Of a stretch of DNA of 64,000 bases, positions 44,118-52,791 are shown one piece after another. Origin of the DNA: an uncultured Pirellulales bacterium. GTDB taxonomy: Bacteria; Planctomycetota; Planctomycetia; Pirellulales; CAYNRE01. The notes under the pieces are model-generated. The model did no database searches, was not told the DNA's origin, and saw only the letters and a program-made list of their open reading frames with translations. The translations under genes and the position numbers were made by a program. The DNA lies in contig CAYNRE010000005.1 in NCBI GenBank assembly GCA_964399535.1, positions 460,371 through 524,370 of the forward strand. Direction: 5' to 3'. How positions within the stretch are numbered: position 1 is the first letter of the stretch; each line of letters begins with the position of its first letter.

Positions 44118-44518
44118 GCTGCACCGTCTTGGCGGAAGAACACCCGAGGCCGGACCGACCGGCCTGGGTGCGGGCACCGCCAGGCCAGCCGGTCGGCGTG
44201 CACACGGCGGGGCTTCGGCGGGACGTCGGTCGGACCTGGCCTTGTGGGCCAACGCCCAAAATGCCGGATCCCCCCGATAGTGCTATCTCCCGAGTGTCTT
44301 CCAGCATAATCAAAATGGCGGCAAAAGCACGCGGTCTGGGAGCGGCAAAACTGGTTTCTCAGGCGGGCGGGCGGCCGGCTCGAAAACCCACCTGCCCGCC
44401 GCCGAGTGGTACACTTACAGTTTCGGGGGGCCTACTGGCCCGAACGTCGCCGCGACACGTCTGCCCAATCGTTCCGAAGGCCAAAGCCGCAAACGTTTTG
44501 GCTGGGAGCCGTTTAACG

Positions 44519-44683
44519 ATGAAGCCCGGTCGGTGGATAGCGCTGGCGATTGCCTCGCTGGGCGGCGGCCTGGTGCTGGCCACCCTGGGGGCGGCCCAGC
44601 CCGGGCCGAGCACTACCGCCAGGACGAACACGGCGAGCCGATTCGAGCCATCTCGAGCTGACCCCTCGCGCGGGCTTCGGTGA
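44519..44683 (+). CDS. Small hypothetical secreted/membrane peptide (54 aa)
   Basis: MKPGRWIALAIASLGGGLVLATLGAAQPG looks like a signal or TM segment. Its TGA overlaps GTG 44680 of the next gene. Support is weak. Confidence 0.3.
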   Translation: MKPGRWIALAIASLGGGLVLATLGAAQPGPSTTARTNTASRFEPSRADPSRGLR

Positions 44684-46998
44684 TTGGTTCTTGCAAGAGG
44701 TGGGGCGTGGAACCCGGCGGCTCGCAACCCTCCTGGCGGCTCACCAGCCGAACGAGCCTGTGCCTGCTGGCGCTGATTCTCGTACTGCGGCTGGGCTATA
44801 CGGCCGCTTTCCTGCTGAATCCCGCCTGGGGTTACCCCACCTGGTCGATGATCGGCGGCGTGCCCTGGGGCGATGCCCGAGCCTGGGACGAATCGGCTGC
44901 CGAGCTGGCGGCCGGGCGCCCGGTGCCCGAGTTTTGGTCGGCCCGGCGGCCTGGTTACGCCTACCTTTTGGGCGCCGTTTATGCCTGGACGGGGCCCAGC
45001 TTCGCCGTCGCCCTGTGGTTGAACTGCCTGGCGTCGGCCGTGGGGGCCTGGCTGGCGGCGGCGGTGGTTGCCCGCGCTTGCAGCGCCCGCGTCGGCTGCG
45101 CCACGGCCCTGTGGTTGGCGGTCGACCCCAGCAGCCTGGCGCAAAGCACCGAGATTATGACCGAACCGGTGGGCTTGGTGTTTCTGATGCTGCACCTGAT
45201 CGCCCTGGGCGATCCGCGTAAGGCAAGCGCCGGGCAGCTCGGGTTGAGCGGTCTTTGGCTGGCGCTTTCCAACAGTTTTCGTCCGCTAACGTTGCTGGCG
45301 CTTCCCGGGGAAATGTTGTTGGTCGCTTGGAGCCGGGGCTGCGGGCGCCGCCACGCGCGGCACTCCGTGGCGATGTTGGCCCTGGGGGCGGCACTTGTCT
45401 TGGTGCCGCTGGCAGTGCTGCAGCGCGCGCAGCACGGCATTTGGTCGCTTTCCGACAACACGGCCGAACATTTCCTGGCGGCCAGCACGCGGCAGTTTGG
45501 CGGTACCTGGTCGCCCGAGATTTACCTGCTGGCTGCCGAGGCCGGCAAGCACACGGTCCGCGAGCGGTACCAGTACTTTCAGCAGCTTGCCTGGCGGAAT
45601 CTGCGGCAAGAGCCCGCCGTGTTCGTCGAAAATGTCGCCCGGTCGCTGGCCTATAATGTGCGCGGCGTGGGCGGGGCGGCCATCGCCTTTCCGTTGGGGC
45701 TGGCTGCTTTGGTGCTCGCCGCGGGATTGCTTTGGCGATCGGGCAGCGAGCGTCGCAAACCGGGGCTGCTTGGTTGGGGGCCGCCAGCCGCCGGCGCGGT
45801 CGTTGCGCTCGTGGCCGCCGGGGGGCTCGAGCAATTCGTCGACGATTCCTGGGGCTGGGCCGTGGTGATCTTGGCCGCCATAGTCGGCTTGCGGCAGGCC
45901 TGGCCGCGCAGTGTCCGAACTGGCTCGCGGAGCGAAAGGGACGGCGCCCTGCCCGGCGTCGATTCGCAGGCCGCCGAACCAGAGGTAGCCGCCCTCGGAC
46001 CCCGGCTGGTGCTCGTGACTCTCTTGGTCGCCAGCCTGGCGGCTTTGGCGCTAATGGTGACGCGAGAAAGCCGGCACTGGTCGTACCTCACGTGGATCGG
46101 GGTCGCGCTGGTGCTAGGTATGGTCGACCAGCTAGCGCGCAAAGTCCAGGAGTGGTTCGGCATCCTGCTCGGCCAGGGTTGGGCCGAAACCGAGCCGACC
46201 GCTGAGTTGCCACGTCGGGAAGCGAGCCGCGAGCCAGTTGCGTTCGGGCCTTCGCTCGGGTCGCTGGCCTTGTTAGGCGCGGTCCTGCTGGCGCTGGGAA
46301 TCTCGGCTGGCCGGCTGGTTTGGTTGCGGCGACATCCTCCCCTTGACCCGACGCGGGCCACCGACTTCCGCTACGACCAGCACCAGGTGCGGCTGCTCAC
46401 CGATCGAGTCGCTCGCTGGTGGCCGGCGCTGGCCCCGGCGCTGCAAGCGACGAGCGGAGTGCCCCATCCGCCCGGTAGCGCAGAAACGCGGGGTGCGTCG
46501 GCGCAGAACCTGGTGGTGCTGGGCATGTTTCCGCGCCGCTATCAATACTTCCTGCCTGCCGGCGGGTCGGCAAGCCAGCTGCCCCAGGCCTTTGGCCGCC
46601 GCGACTACGACCGGACTATCTTCGTCGCCGTCGCGGTCGACGGAAGCGGCGGCTTGTGGGAGGCCCTGGTCTGCTGGCCGGGCCGGTTTCCCGGCCAGTG
46701 GACCAACCAGCCGCTGGCCTGCCTGGGCACGGTTTCGGCCCCCTTCGGCTCGGGTCATCCATTAGTGATCGACGCCGCCGCGCTAGTACCGCTGGACCCA
46801 ACGAAGCGCGCGTGGCGATGGGACCAGGCACGCCTGGCGGCCGTGCCGGCCCATCGACAGGCGATTTACCGGCGACTTGCACCCGGCGCCGCCGCGCCGT
46901 CGACCGAGCCGGGCCCAGTCCAGGGGGACGGCGCGCAACCGCTGGGGGCGACGGGTGCATTTTCCACCCCGGCGAAATTGCGCGCCGCCGGCGGTTAG
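44680..46998 (+). CDS. GT-C fold membrane glycosyltransferase (GT39/PMT_2-like) with a large C-terminal domain
   Basis: Motifs: GDARAWDESAAELAAG, RRPGYAYLLGAVYAWTG, and many helices over ~430 aa, followed by a ~330-aa non-membrane domain. The start is GTG 44680 or 44707. Confidence 0.7.
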   Translation: MIGSCKRWGVEPGGSQPSWRLTSRTSLCLLALILVLRLGYTAAFLLNPAWGYPTWSMIGGVPWGDARAWDESAAELAAGRPVPEFWSARRPGYAYLLGAVYAWTGPSFAVALWLNCLASAVGAWLAAAVVARACSARVGCATALWLAVDPSSLAQSTEIMTEPVGLVFLMLHLIALGDPRKASAGQLGLSGLWLALSNSFRPLTLLALPGEMLLVAWSRGCGRRHARHSVAMLALGAALVLVPLAVLQRAQHGIWSLSDNTAEHFLAASTRQFGGTWSPEIYLLAAEAGKHTVRERYQYFQQLAWRNLRQEPAVFVENVARSLAYNVRGVGGAAIAFPLGLAALVLAAGLLWRSGSERRKPGLLGWGPPAAGAVVALVAAGGLEQFVDDSWGWAVVILAAIVGLRQAWPRSVRTGSRSERDGALPGVDSQAAEPEVAALGPRLVLVTLLVASLAALALMVTRESRHWSYLTWIGVALVLGMVDQLARKVQEWFGILLGQGWAETEPTAELPRREASREPVAFGPSLGSLALLGAVLLALGISAGRLVWLRRHPPLDPTRATDFRYDQHQVRLLTDRVARWWPALAPALQATSGVPHPPGSAETRGASAQNLVVLGMFPRRYQYFLPAGGSASQLPQAFGRRDYDRTIFVAVAVDGSGGLWEALVCWPGRFPGQWTNQPLACLGTVSAPFGSGHPLVIDAAALVPLDPTKRAWRWDQARLAAVPAHRQAIYRRLAPGAAAPSTEPGPVQGDGAQPLGATGAFSTPAKLRAAGG

Positions 46999-47096
46999 AA
47001 TAAACAGAAAGCCGCGGCACGGCCCGCAACGCGGTGAGCGGCTCGCACAGGCGGAGCGCTGCCGCGGGGCCGATCGCGCGAGGCCTCGAATCTGTC

Positions 47097-48632
47097 ATGG
47101 CGATTCCCACCGAACCACTCGCTCAGCAAGCGGCGCCCCGGCCCGCGGCATCCTGCCGCGCGCCGCGCGTTTCGCTTTTTTTCGATACGCTCGGCCAGGT
47201 GCGGGCTTGCTGCGTGAATCATCAATACGCCTTAGGCCACCTGGCCAGTCAGCGACTGGCCCAGATTTGGCGTGGTCCACGCGCCGAGGCGCTGCGGCAG
47301 GCCCTGGACCGCGGCGATTTTTCGCTCGGCTGCGAGCACTGTCGCTGGCAATTCGACGACGGCACGGCCCACTTGGCCCACGCCCGCAAGTACGATGCCT
47401 ATGCCCCTTCGGCTGGCGGCGAGCTGTGGCCCACCAATATGGAGTTCAATCTCAGCAATACCTGCAACCTGGAATGCCCGATGTGCAGCGGCGAGTTGTC
47501 GTCGGCCATTCGGGCCCGCCGCGACCGGTTGCCTCCCTTGCCCAAGGTCTACGGCGACGCGTTTTTTGAGGATCTGCGCGAGTTCCTTCCCCATTTGAAA
47601 ACCGCGCAGTTTCTGGGCGGCGAACCGTTTCTAATCCGCGAGCATTTCCGGGTTTGGGATCTGATGATCGAGGGTGGGCACCCGGTCCGGTGCGAGGTAA
47701 CGACCAACGGAACCCAGTTCACCGCGCAGGTCGAGCGGGTACTCGACCGGCTGCCGGTTTCGATCAATATCTCGCTCGACGGGGTGCGGCGGGCGACGGT
47801 TGAGACGCTGCGGCGAAACGCCCAGCAGGACGAAATCCTGGCCAACTATGCCCGGTTTCGCGATTACTGCCGCCAGCGGGGCACTTCGATTGGGCTGAAT
47901 TTCAGCCTGATGCGGCAGAATTGGGAGGAGTTCGGCGAGTTTCTCGAGTTCGCCGAAGCCGACCAGGTCCAGGTCTCGGTCTGCACCGTGGTTTACCCGC
48001 CGGCGTTCAGTCTGTATTCCCTGCCCTCGGACGAGCTAGGCCGCGTCGTCGACGCGCTCGACCGCCAGGATGCCCGCATTCGCCCGCGGCTTTCAGTGAA
48101 TTTGGCGGTGTGGGACGAAACCCGGCAGAAGCTCAGGCAGCGGCTGGCCCACGCCGAGGGCAGCCAGCTTGCCTTCGTACCCAGCGGGCTCTGCGATTCG
48201 TTCGCCGAGCAGGCTTCTCCGGGCAAGGAAGGCGGCGGGCTCGACCGCGCCGTGGCCGAGCTTCGTGCCTGGTCGCAAGGCAGGTCCGTTGAAGGAGTCG
48301 CCTGCGACCTGAACGACCGGGTCCGCGACATGTGGAACGCCAGCCAACACTTTCTGGGTATTCCCGCCGAGCTGTGCCTGGACCGCGCGGCCGACAGCGT
48401 GCTGGGGTTTGCCCGGGTACGACTGGGGCCGCAGGTGGAAGTGCTCCATTGGCTGGGCGAAGCGAGCCATTTGGACCGGCTGCTGCGGTTCACTTCGCCG
48501 GCGGGCAAGGCCACGCTCGTGCGGCTTTGGGTTCTGCCACGCTACGAGGCGGGGCAATTGGAGGGCTCGCTGGTGCTGGGGGCGATGCGCGACCAGCCCG
48601 AGGCCGACTCGCGCGAACCGCGCGAGGCTTAG
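47097..48632 (+). CDS. Radical SAM protein with N-terminal SPASM/twitch-like Cys motif and unassigned C-terminal domain (paralog A)
   Basis: Order along the protein: FFDTLGQVRACCVNH...LGHLASQRLAQIWRGPRAEALRQAL...GCEHCRW (auxiliary-cluster-like), then NLSNTCNLECPMCSG (CX3CX2C), LGGEPF, TTNGTQF, SLDG. About 180 residues follow with no recognised family. Confidence 0.8.
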   Translation: MAIPTEPLAQQAAPRPAASCRAPRVSLFFDTLGQVRACCVNHQYALGHLASQRLAQIWRGPRAEALRQALDRGDFSLGCEHCRWQFDDGTAHLAHARKYDAYAPSAGGELWPTNMEFNLSNTCNLECPMCSGELSSAIRARRDRLPPLPKVYGDAFFEDLREFLPHLKTAQFLGGEPFLIREHFRVWDLMIEGGHPVRCEVTTNGTQFTAQVERVLDRLPVSINISLDGVRRATVETLRRNAQQDEILANYARFRDYCRQRGTSIGLNFSLMRQNWEEFGEFLEFAEADQVQVSVCTVVYPPAFSLYSLPSDELGRVVDALDRQDARIRPRLSVNLAVWDETRQKLRQRLAHAEGSQLAFVPSGLCDSFAEQASPGKEGGGLDRAVAELRAWSQGRSVEGVACDLNDRVRDMWNASQHFLGIPAELCLDRAADSVLGFARVRLGPQVEVLHWLGEASHLDRLLRFTSPAGKATLVRLWVLPRYEAGQLEGSLVLGAMRDQPEADSREPREA

Positions 48633-48663
48633 CACCCGCCGATCCGACGCCGTTCGGACACCG

Positions 48664-49434
48664 TTACGACGGGCTTTCCAAGCCACCGAGGCGGCGTCCG
48701 CGTGCCACCAGCGCCCGGCGCACTCCTTCCCAGCCTGGCATCGCGGGCGGGTAGGAAACAATGTTTAATTCGTCGAACCAGGGCACGAATTGCTCCTCGA
48801 TCCATTCAATCTGCGGGCAAAGCATGTGGCGATGCACCTTTCGCCCCTCGTCTTCCTCGTAGGTCCAGGTGATGCCGGTGATGTAGACCCGGCCCGACCA
48901 GGGAGACGCCGCGTCGTGGTAAGGCAGAGGGCAGCCCGAGATCAACCGCGGGTCGGCCAGCGGTAAGAAACAGGTTCCTCCGGGACGGGTCCAACGGGCC
49001 AGATTCGCCAGCACGGTCCGCACGTCGGTCATCGACTCGACCAGGCCGTAGGCATACCACATGCAGGAAACCAGGTCCCAGCACCCATCCCAGTCGGGCT
49101 GGGGATCTCGAAAGTCGGCTTGGCGAAGTTCAATTTCCGGGTTGGCTGCCCGGGCTCGTTCGAGCATGGCGGGCGAAAGGTCGAGCCCGGCTCGCAGCGT
49201 GCCGGGGAACTGGGCCAGGAAGTAGCCGGTGCCGCAGGCTACATCGAGCCAACGGTGGCCATCGCTTAGGAGCTGGCCGAGCAGTTCGACTTCGAACTGG
49301 GCGTCGCTACGTCCCAATTCGGAGTGCACGAACCGGCGCTCGTAGTCGGCAGCGTATGTCGCGTCGTACAACCGCAGAATCTGCTGGCGGTCCAACGAGC
49401 CTCTCCTTATTGATTTCCGCGCCTCGGCCAGCAA
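48664..49434 (-). CDS. Class I SAM-dependent methyltransferase (TylM1/DesVI-like layout)
   Basis: The layout is YDATYAADYERRF..., motif I WLDVACGTGYF, GLDLSPAML, ADFRD and DLVSCMW, then a C-terminal lid. This is reminiscent of sugar N-methyltransferases. The subfamily is inferred. Confidence 0.85.
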   Translation of the reverse strand: MLAEARKSIRRGSLDRQQILRLYDATYAADYERRFVHSELGRSDAQFEVELLGQLLSDGHRWLDVACGTGYFLAQFPGTLRAGLDLSPAMLERARAANPEIELRQADFRDPQPDWDGCWDLVSCMWYAYGLVESMTDVRTVLANLARWTRPGGTCFLPLADPRLISGCPLPYHDAASPWSGRVYITGITWTYEEDEGRKVHRHMLCPQIEWIEEQFVPWFDELNIVSYPPAMPGWEGVRRALVARGRRLGGLESPS

Positions 49435-49498
49435 GACCGATCCCGCGGCGGGTGGCAGTCCTGCGAGCCAGGCCGCCGACCCGAGCGAATCTTGCCGG

Positions 49499-50338
49499 TC
49501 AACTCGCCGCGGGCAGCGCGGTCTCGCTGGGCGGGACCAGGCAGCCGGCGGCGATTACTTCTTCCCAGGTGCGCTGGCGAACCACGTACCCGCGCCTCCC
49601 CAGGCTGGGTACCTCGCGCGGCCGCTCGAAAAGCTGGTAATCGTGAAAGAACGCATCGCTCACGGCGAAGCCCTCGATCTCCTCGGGCGAAACGCGAATC
49701 CAGTGCTGCAAGGGTGCCTCGCACGGAACGCAAATACACGAGGCCGCCACCCGAACCCGGTCCGACTGATTCGGGGGCGAGCCATGCACCAGCCGGCCAT
49801 CGTAGAGAAGTGCCTCGCCGGCTCGCATCGGCAGCGCGACGCCGTAGGCGCTGGTCAGCCGTTCCAGCACCTCCTCGAGCGGGCAAGCATCGGCGTGGGG
49901 ACGAATCGGGTCTCCCAGGTGCTGGCTGCCCGGAATGACCACCATGGCACCGTTGACGGCATCGACGTCGACCAGCGGAATCCAAACGTGCACGGCCAGA
50001 AAGCGAGTTTCGTCGACGAACGACCAGTCTTGATGCATGCGCATCGCGCTGTCGGCCAGCCCGGGCTCTTTAACCATGAAGTTCGTCGTGCAGATTCGAT
50101 AGCCGGAAAGCAACGGCTCCAGGCGGGGCCCGAGCTGGGCGGTAAAACGCGCGTAAATCGCCTCGCGCAGTGGCCGGTTCGGGGCGTACATCGAGGCGTG
50201 GAACCCGCCCACCGGGGCTTGTCCCTGTCGGCAGTAGAAGCTCAGCAACTCGGCCGCTTCCTCGGCGCTCAGCAGCGGCACCACCGCGTAGCCGAGCCTT
50301 CGCCAGGATTCGGTGGCCAGGGGGCTCATCGTGATCAT
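49499..50338 (-). CDS. PhyH-family Fe(II)/2-oxoglutarate dioxygenase (paralog 1)
   Basis: Motifs: MRMHQDWSFVDE (HxD), WIPLVDVDAVNGAMVVIPGSQHL, LLYDGRLVHGSPPNQSDRVR (distal His, Arg). Confidence 0.85.
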   Translation of the reverse strand: MITMSPLATESWRRLGYAVVPLLSAEEAAELLSFYCRQGQAPVGGFHASMYAPNRPLREAIYARFTAQLGPRLEPLLSGYRICTTNFMVKEPGLADSAMRMHQDWSFVDETRFLAVHVWIPLVDVDAVNGAMVVIPGSQHLGDPIRPHADACPLEEVLERLTSAYGVALPMRAGEALLYDGRLVHGSPPNQSDRVRVAASCICVPCEAPLQHWIRVSPEEIEGFAVSDAFFHDYQLFERPREVPSLGRRGYVVRQRTWEEVIAAGCLVPPSETALPAAS

Positions 50339-50526
50339 GCGGGTAAAGTTCGCCGAGCCAAACCGTCGGAAAGGGATGGATGCAGCAAGCGATCGCGCCG
50401 GCGGTGCTGCCGCCGTCGAGGGGCGCCTTGGGGCGAGCCATCCTAACGAGCGCGAACGCTTCGATTATAATCGGCCAGGATGCACGTGGCGAATCCGCGG
50501 CGCGATCCAACGGACGGACCTTCGTT

Positions 50527-50564
50527 CTTCCCGAGGGGCGTGCCTGCTGGCCACCCTCGGGAAG
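50527..50564. promoter_or_regulatory. Perfect 11-bp inverted repeat in a divergent promoter region
   Basis: CTTCCCGAGGG-N16-CCCTCGGGAAG lies about 60 nt upstream of ATG 50626 and about 190 nt upstream of the divergent PhyH start at 50338. Its function is unknown. Confidence 0.4.
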
Positions 50565-50625
50565 CGACTACCTTTCGACTACGGCCAACCAACTCCACCG
50601 GATCGCTTCGCCAGGACGGGACGCA

Positions 50626-51396
50626 ATGAAACTCCGCAACTTCGGCGGGCGAGGCTATCCGCTGCTCGCGGCGGTCGCCGCAATGTTACTGGGCGGGATT
50701 CTCTGGATCGCACTGGGCCCGCGACGGACCCCGTCGCCGCCAGGGCCCCCCGCTTCGGCGCCGGGTTCGCAGCCGATCGCGGCCGGCGACGCTAGGAGCG
50801 GGCCCGAATCGCCGAATCCAGGCAGCGACGCGCCACCGCAACCGGCGGCCGCCCCGGGCCCTCTCGACCTGGAGTCGACGGGCGAAACTCTCGCGGCCCT
50901 CGACTCCCTGGTCGGCAGTCGCGTGGCGGTTGTCGTGTTCCTGGGAACCGACTGCCCGATTGCCCAGGCTTGCTTACCCAAGCTGCGCGAGGTGCAAACC
51001 CGGTTCGCCCCGCAAGGTGTCGTGTTTCTGGCGGTCTATCCGCACCATCACGAAACGCTGGCCGAGGCCCAGCAACATGCCGAGCAAGCCGGGCTCAAGT
51101 ATCGTGTGCTCCGCGATCGCCACCAACGGTTGGCCGATCGGTGGGGGGTTGCCCGGGTGCCCACGGTGTGCGTTCTCGACCGCTCAGGCCGCGTGGCCTA
51201 CCAGGGGAGCGTGGTCGAACGGATCGGGGCCCACCGTCCGGCGGGCGGCCGCGAGCACCTGGCCCTGGCCATTGAAGAGGTGCTGCGCGGAGAATCGCCC
51301 TCGCTGGCTCGGACACCGGTCGATGGCTGTCTGCTCGATCGCAGCCCCGCCGCAACCGAAGCTGTCGGCCAGGCCGAGCTGGCCCCCGCTGGGTAA
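50626..51396 (+). CDS. Membrane-anchored thioredoxin-fold (redoxin/AhpC-TSA-like) protein
   Basis: An N-terminal helix (YPLLAAVAAMLLGGILWIAL) and a Pro-rich linker are followed by VAVVVFLGTDCPIAQACLPKLREVQTRF...VVFLAVY...VPTVCVLD. It has C-x5-C rather than CxxC. Confidence 0.7.
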   Translation: MKLRNFGGRGYPLLAAVAAMLLGGILWIALGPRRTPSPPGPPASAPGSQPIAAGDARSGPESPNPGSDAPPQPAAAPGPLDLESTGETLAALDSLVGSRVAVVVFLGTDCPIAQACLPKLREVQTRFAPQGVVFLAVYPHHHETLAEAQQHAEQAGLKYRVLRDRHQRLADRWGVARVPTVCVLDRSGRVAYQGSVVERIGAHRPAGGREHLALAIEEVLRGESPSLARTPVDGCLLDRSPAATEAVGQAELAPAG

Positions 51397-51606
51397 ATTG
51401 CCATCGTGCGTCGCGCCGCGGGTCGGCTCTCCGCGTGGCGTCGACTTTTTCAGGCGACCCAAGGGCGTGCGTCGGCCTGGCGGCGGCGTTGGCTTGGACC
51501 TGCGCAGCGTGGCAACTAAACTAGCAGGATCGTTAAGCCCGCTCGTGGCCGGGGTGTGCGCCGGGGCCGCAGGGCAATGCAGCCGTTGAGGGAAGCACCT
51601 ACCACG

Positions 51607-52593
51607 ATGACCCCGCACCTGTCGGTCGTCATTCCGGTTTATCGAAGCCGGGCCACGCTGCCGAGCCTGCTTGCGCGGGTCGTGGACTGCCTCGAATCGA
51701 CGGCCGGCCGGCCCTGGGAAGTGATTCTGGTCGACGACGGAAGTCCCGACGACTCGTTCGTGGTGCTCGACGAACTGGCTCGGCGTTACGGCAGCCGGGT
51801 GCGAATCGGGCAATTGACCCGCAATTTCGGCCAGCACGCGGCCACGCTCTGCGGCATCAGCCATGCCCGGGGCCTCTGGGTGGGCACGCTCGACGACGAC
51901 CTGCAATACCAGCCCGAAGATTTGTTGCGCGCTTGGCAAGCGGCCGAAGCGGACAGTTACGACCTGGTTTACGGTCGGCCCCGTCGGGGGAATCATCCGC
52001 CGCTGCGGCGTTGGCTCTCGAGCGTGGGGCGGTGGCTCAGTTGCCGGGCCCTGGGTACCCAGGCCCACCCCAGTTCGCTCCGGGTGATGCGCGGTTCGCT
52101 GGCGCAGGCGCTGGCCGGCTCGGCGACCTCGAATCCGATTCTCGACGGCGTACTGTTGCAGTTGACCAGCCGAGTTGGCGCGGTCGATGTGGACCACTTG
52201 CCGCGGCAGCAAGGCCGTAGCGGTTACACCTACGCCAAACTGCTCAGCTTCTTTTTCACGCTTCTAACCACCTATTCGCTGTTGCCCCTGCGCCTGTTGG
52301 GGGTCTTGGGGCTGGCTTCCGTTGCGGGGGGCAGCGCTCTGGCCGCTTGGGCGCTCGTGGCCCGGCAAACCGGGCCCCTCTGGGCCGCCGCGGCGCTCAC
52401 ACTCTTGGGCGTACAGCTGCTGACCCTGGCGATCGGTGGAGAATACTTGGGGCGCATCCGGGCACTCGCCCATGGGCTGCCCCCCTACGTCGAGCGCAGC
52501 CCAGTGGCGGCTCGCTCACCGGGCGGCCATAGCCCGGCGGCCGCCGAGGAAGGCCGCTTTTGGCCGGCGGCGACGGAACCGATCGATGCCTAA
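51607..52593 (+). CDS. Polyprenyl-phosphate sugar synthase-type GT2 (ArnC/GtrB-like) with C-terminal TM helices
   Basis: Motifs: LSVVIPVYRSRATLPSLLARV, EVILVDDGSPDDS, TRNFGQHAATLCG, LDDDLQYQPEDL, and two C-terminal helices. The start could be 51556, 51577 or 51607. Confidence 0.85.
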   Translation: MTPHLSVVIPVYRSRATLPSLLARVVDCLESTAGRPWEVILVDDGSPDDSFVVLDELARRYGSRVRIGQLTRNFGQHAATLCGISHARGLWVGTLDDDLQYQPEDLLRAWQAAEADSYDLVYGRPRRGNHPPLRRWLSSVGRWLSCRALGTQAHPSSLRVMRGSLAQALAGSATSNPILDGVLLQLTSRVGAVDVDHLPRQQGRSGYTYAKLLSFFFTLLTTYSLLPLRLLGVLGLASVAGGSALAAWALVARQTGPLWAAAALTLLGVQLLTLAIGGEYLGRIRALAHGLPPYVERSPVAARSPGGHSPAAAEEGRFWPAATEPIDA

Positions 52594-52624
52594 CAGCCCT
52601 TTGAAGGTTTCATCGGGCTGCGTT

Positions 52625-52668
52625 ATCGCAGGGATGCGATGCCGGAATAACGACGTAAGTCGTTATTC
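52625..52668 (+). other. Two adjacent perfect hairpins with GNRA-type loops in an intergenic spacer
   Basis: ATCGCA-GGGA-TGCGAT (52625-52640) and GAATAACGAC-GTAA-GTCGTTATTC (52645-52668) sit in a locally AT-richer stretch between the GT2 and the aminotransferase gene. Confidence 0.5.
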
Positions 52669-52791
52669 TGCGAGCCACGACGAGCTTTGCTCGGCGCTTG
52701 GCGAGGTTGAGATTTGCCACGAGGGCATATTTCAACCGACTGCAAAGCTTGGCCAGCCATGCCCGCACTCCCCCGTAGCGGCGATCCCGGG

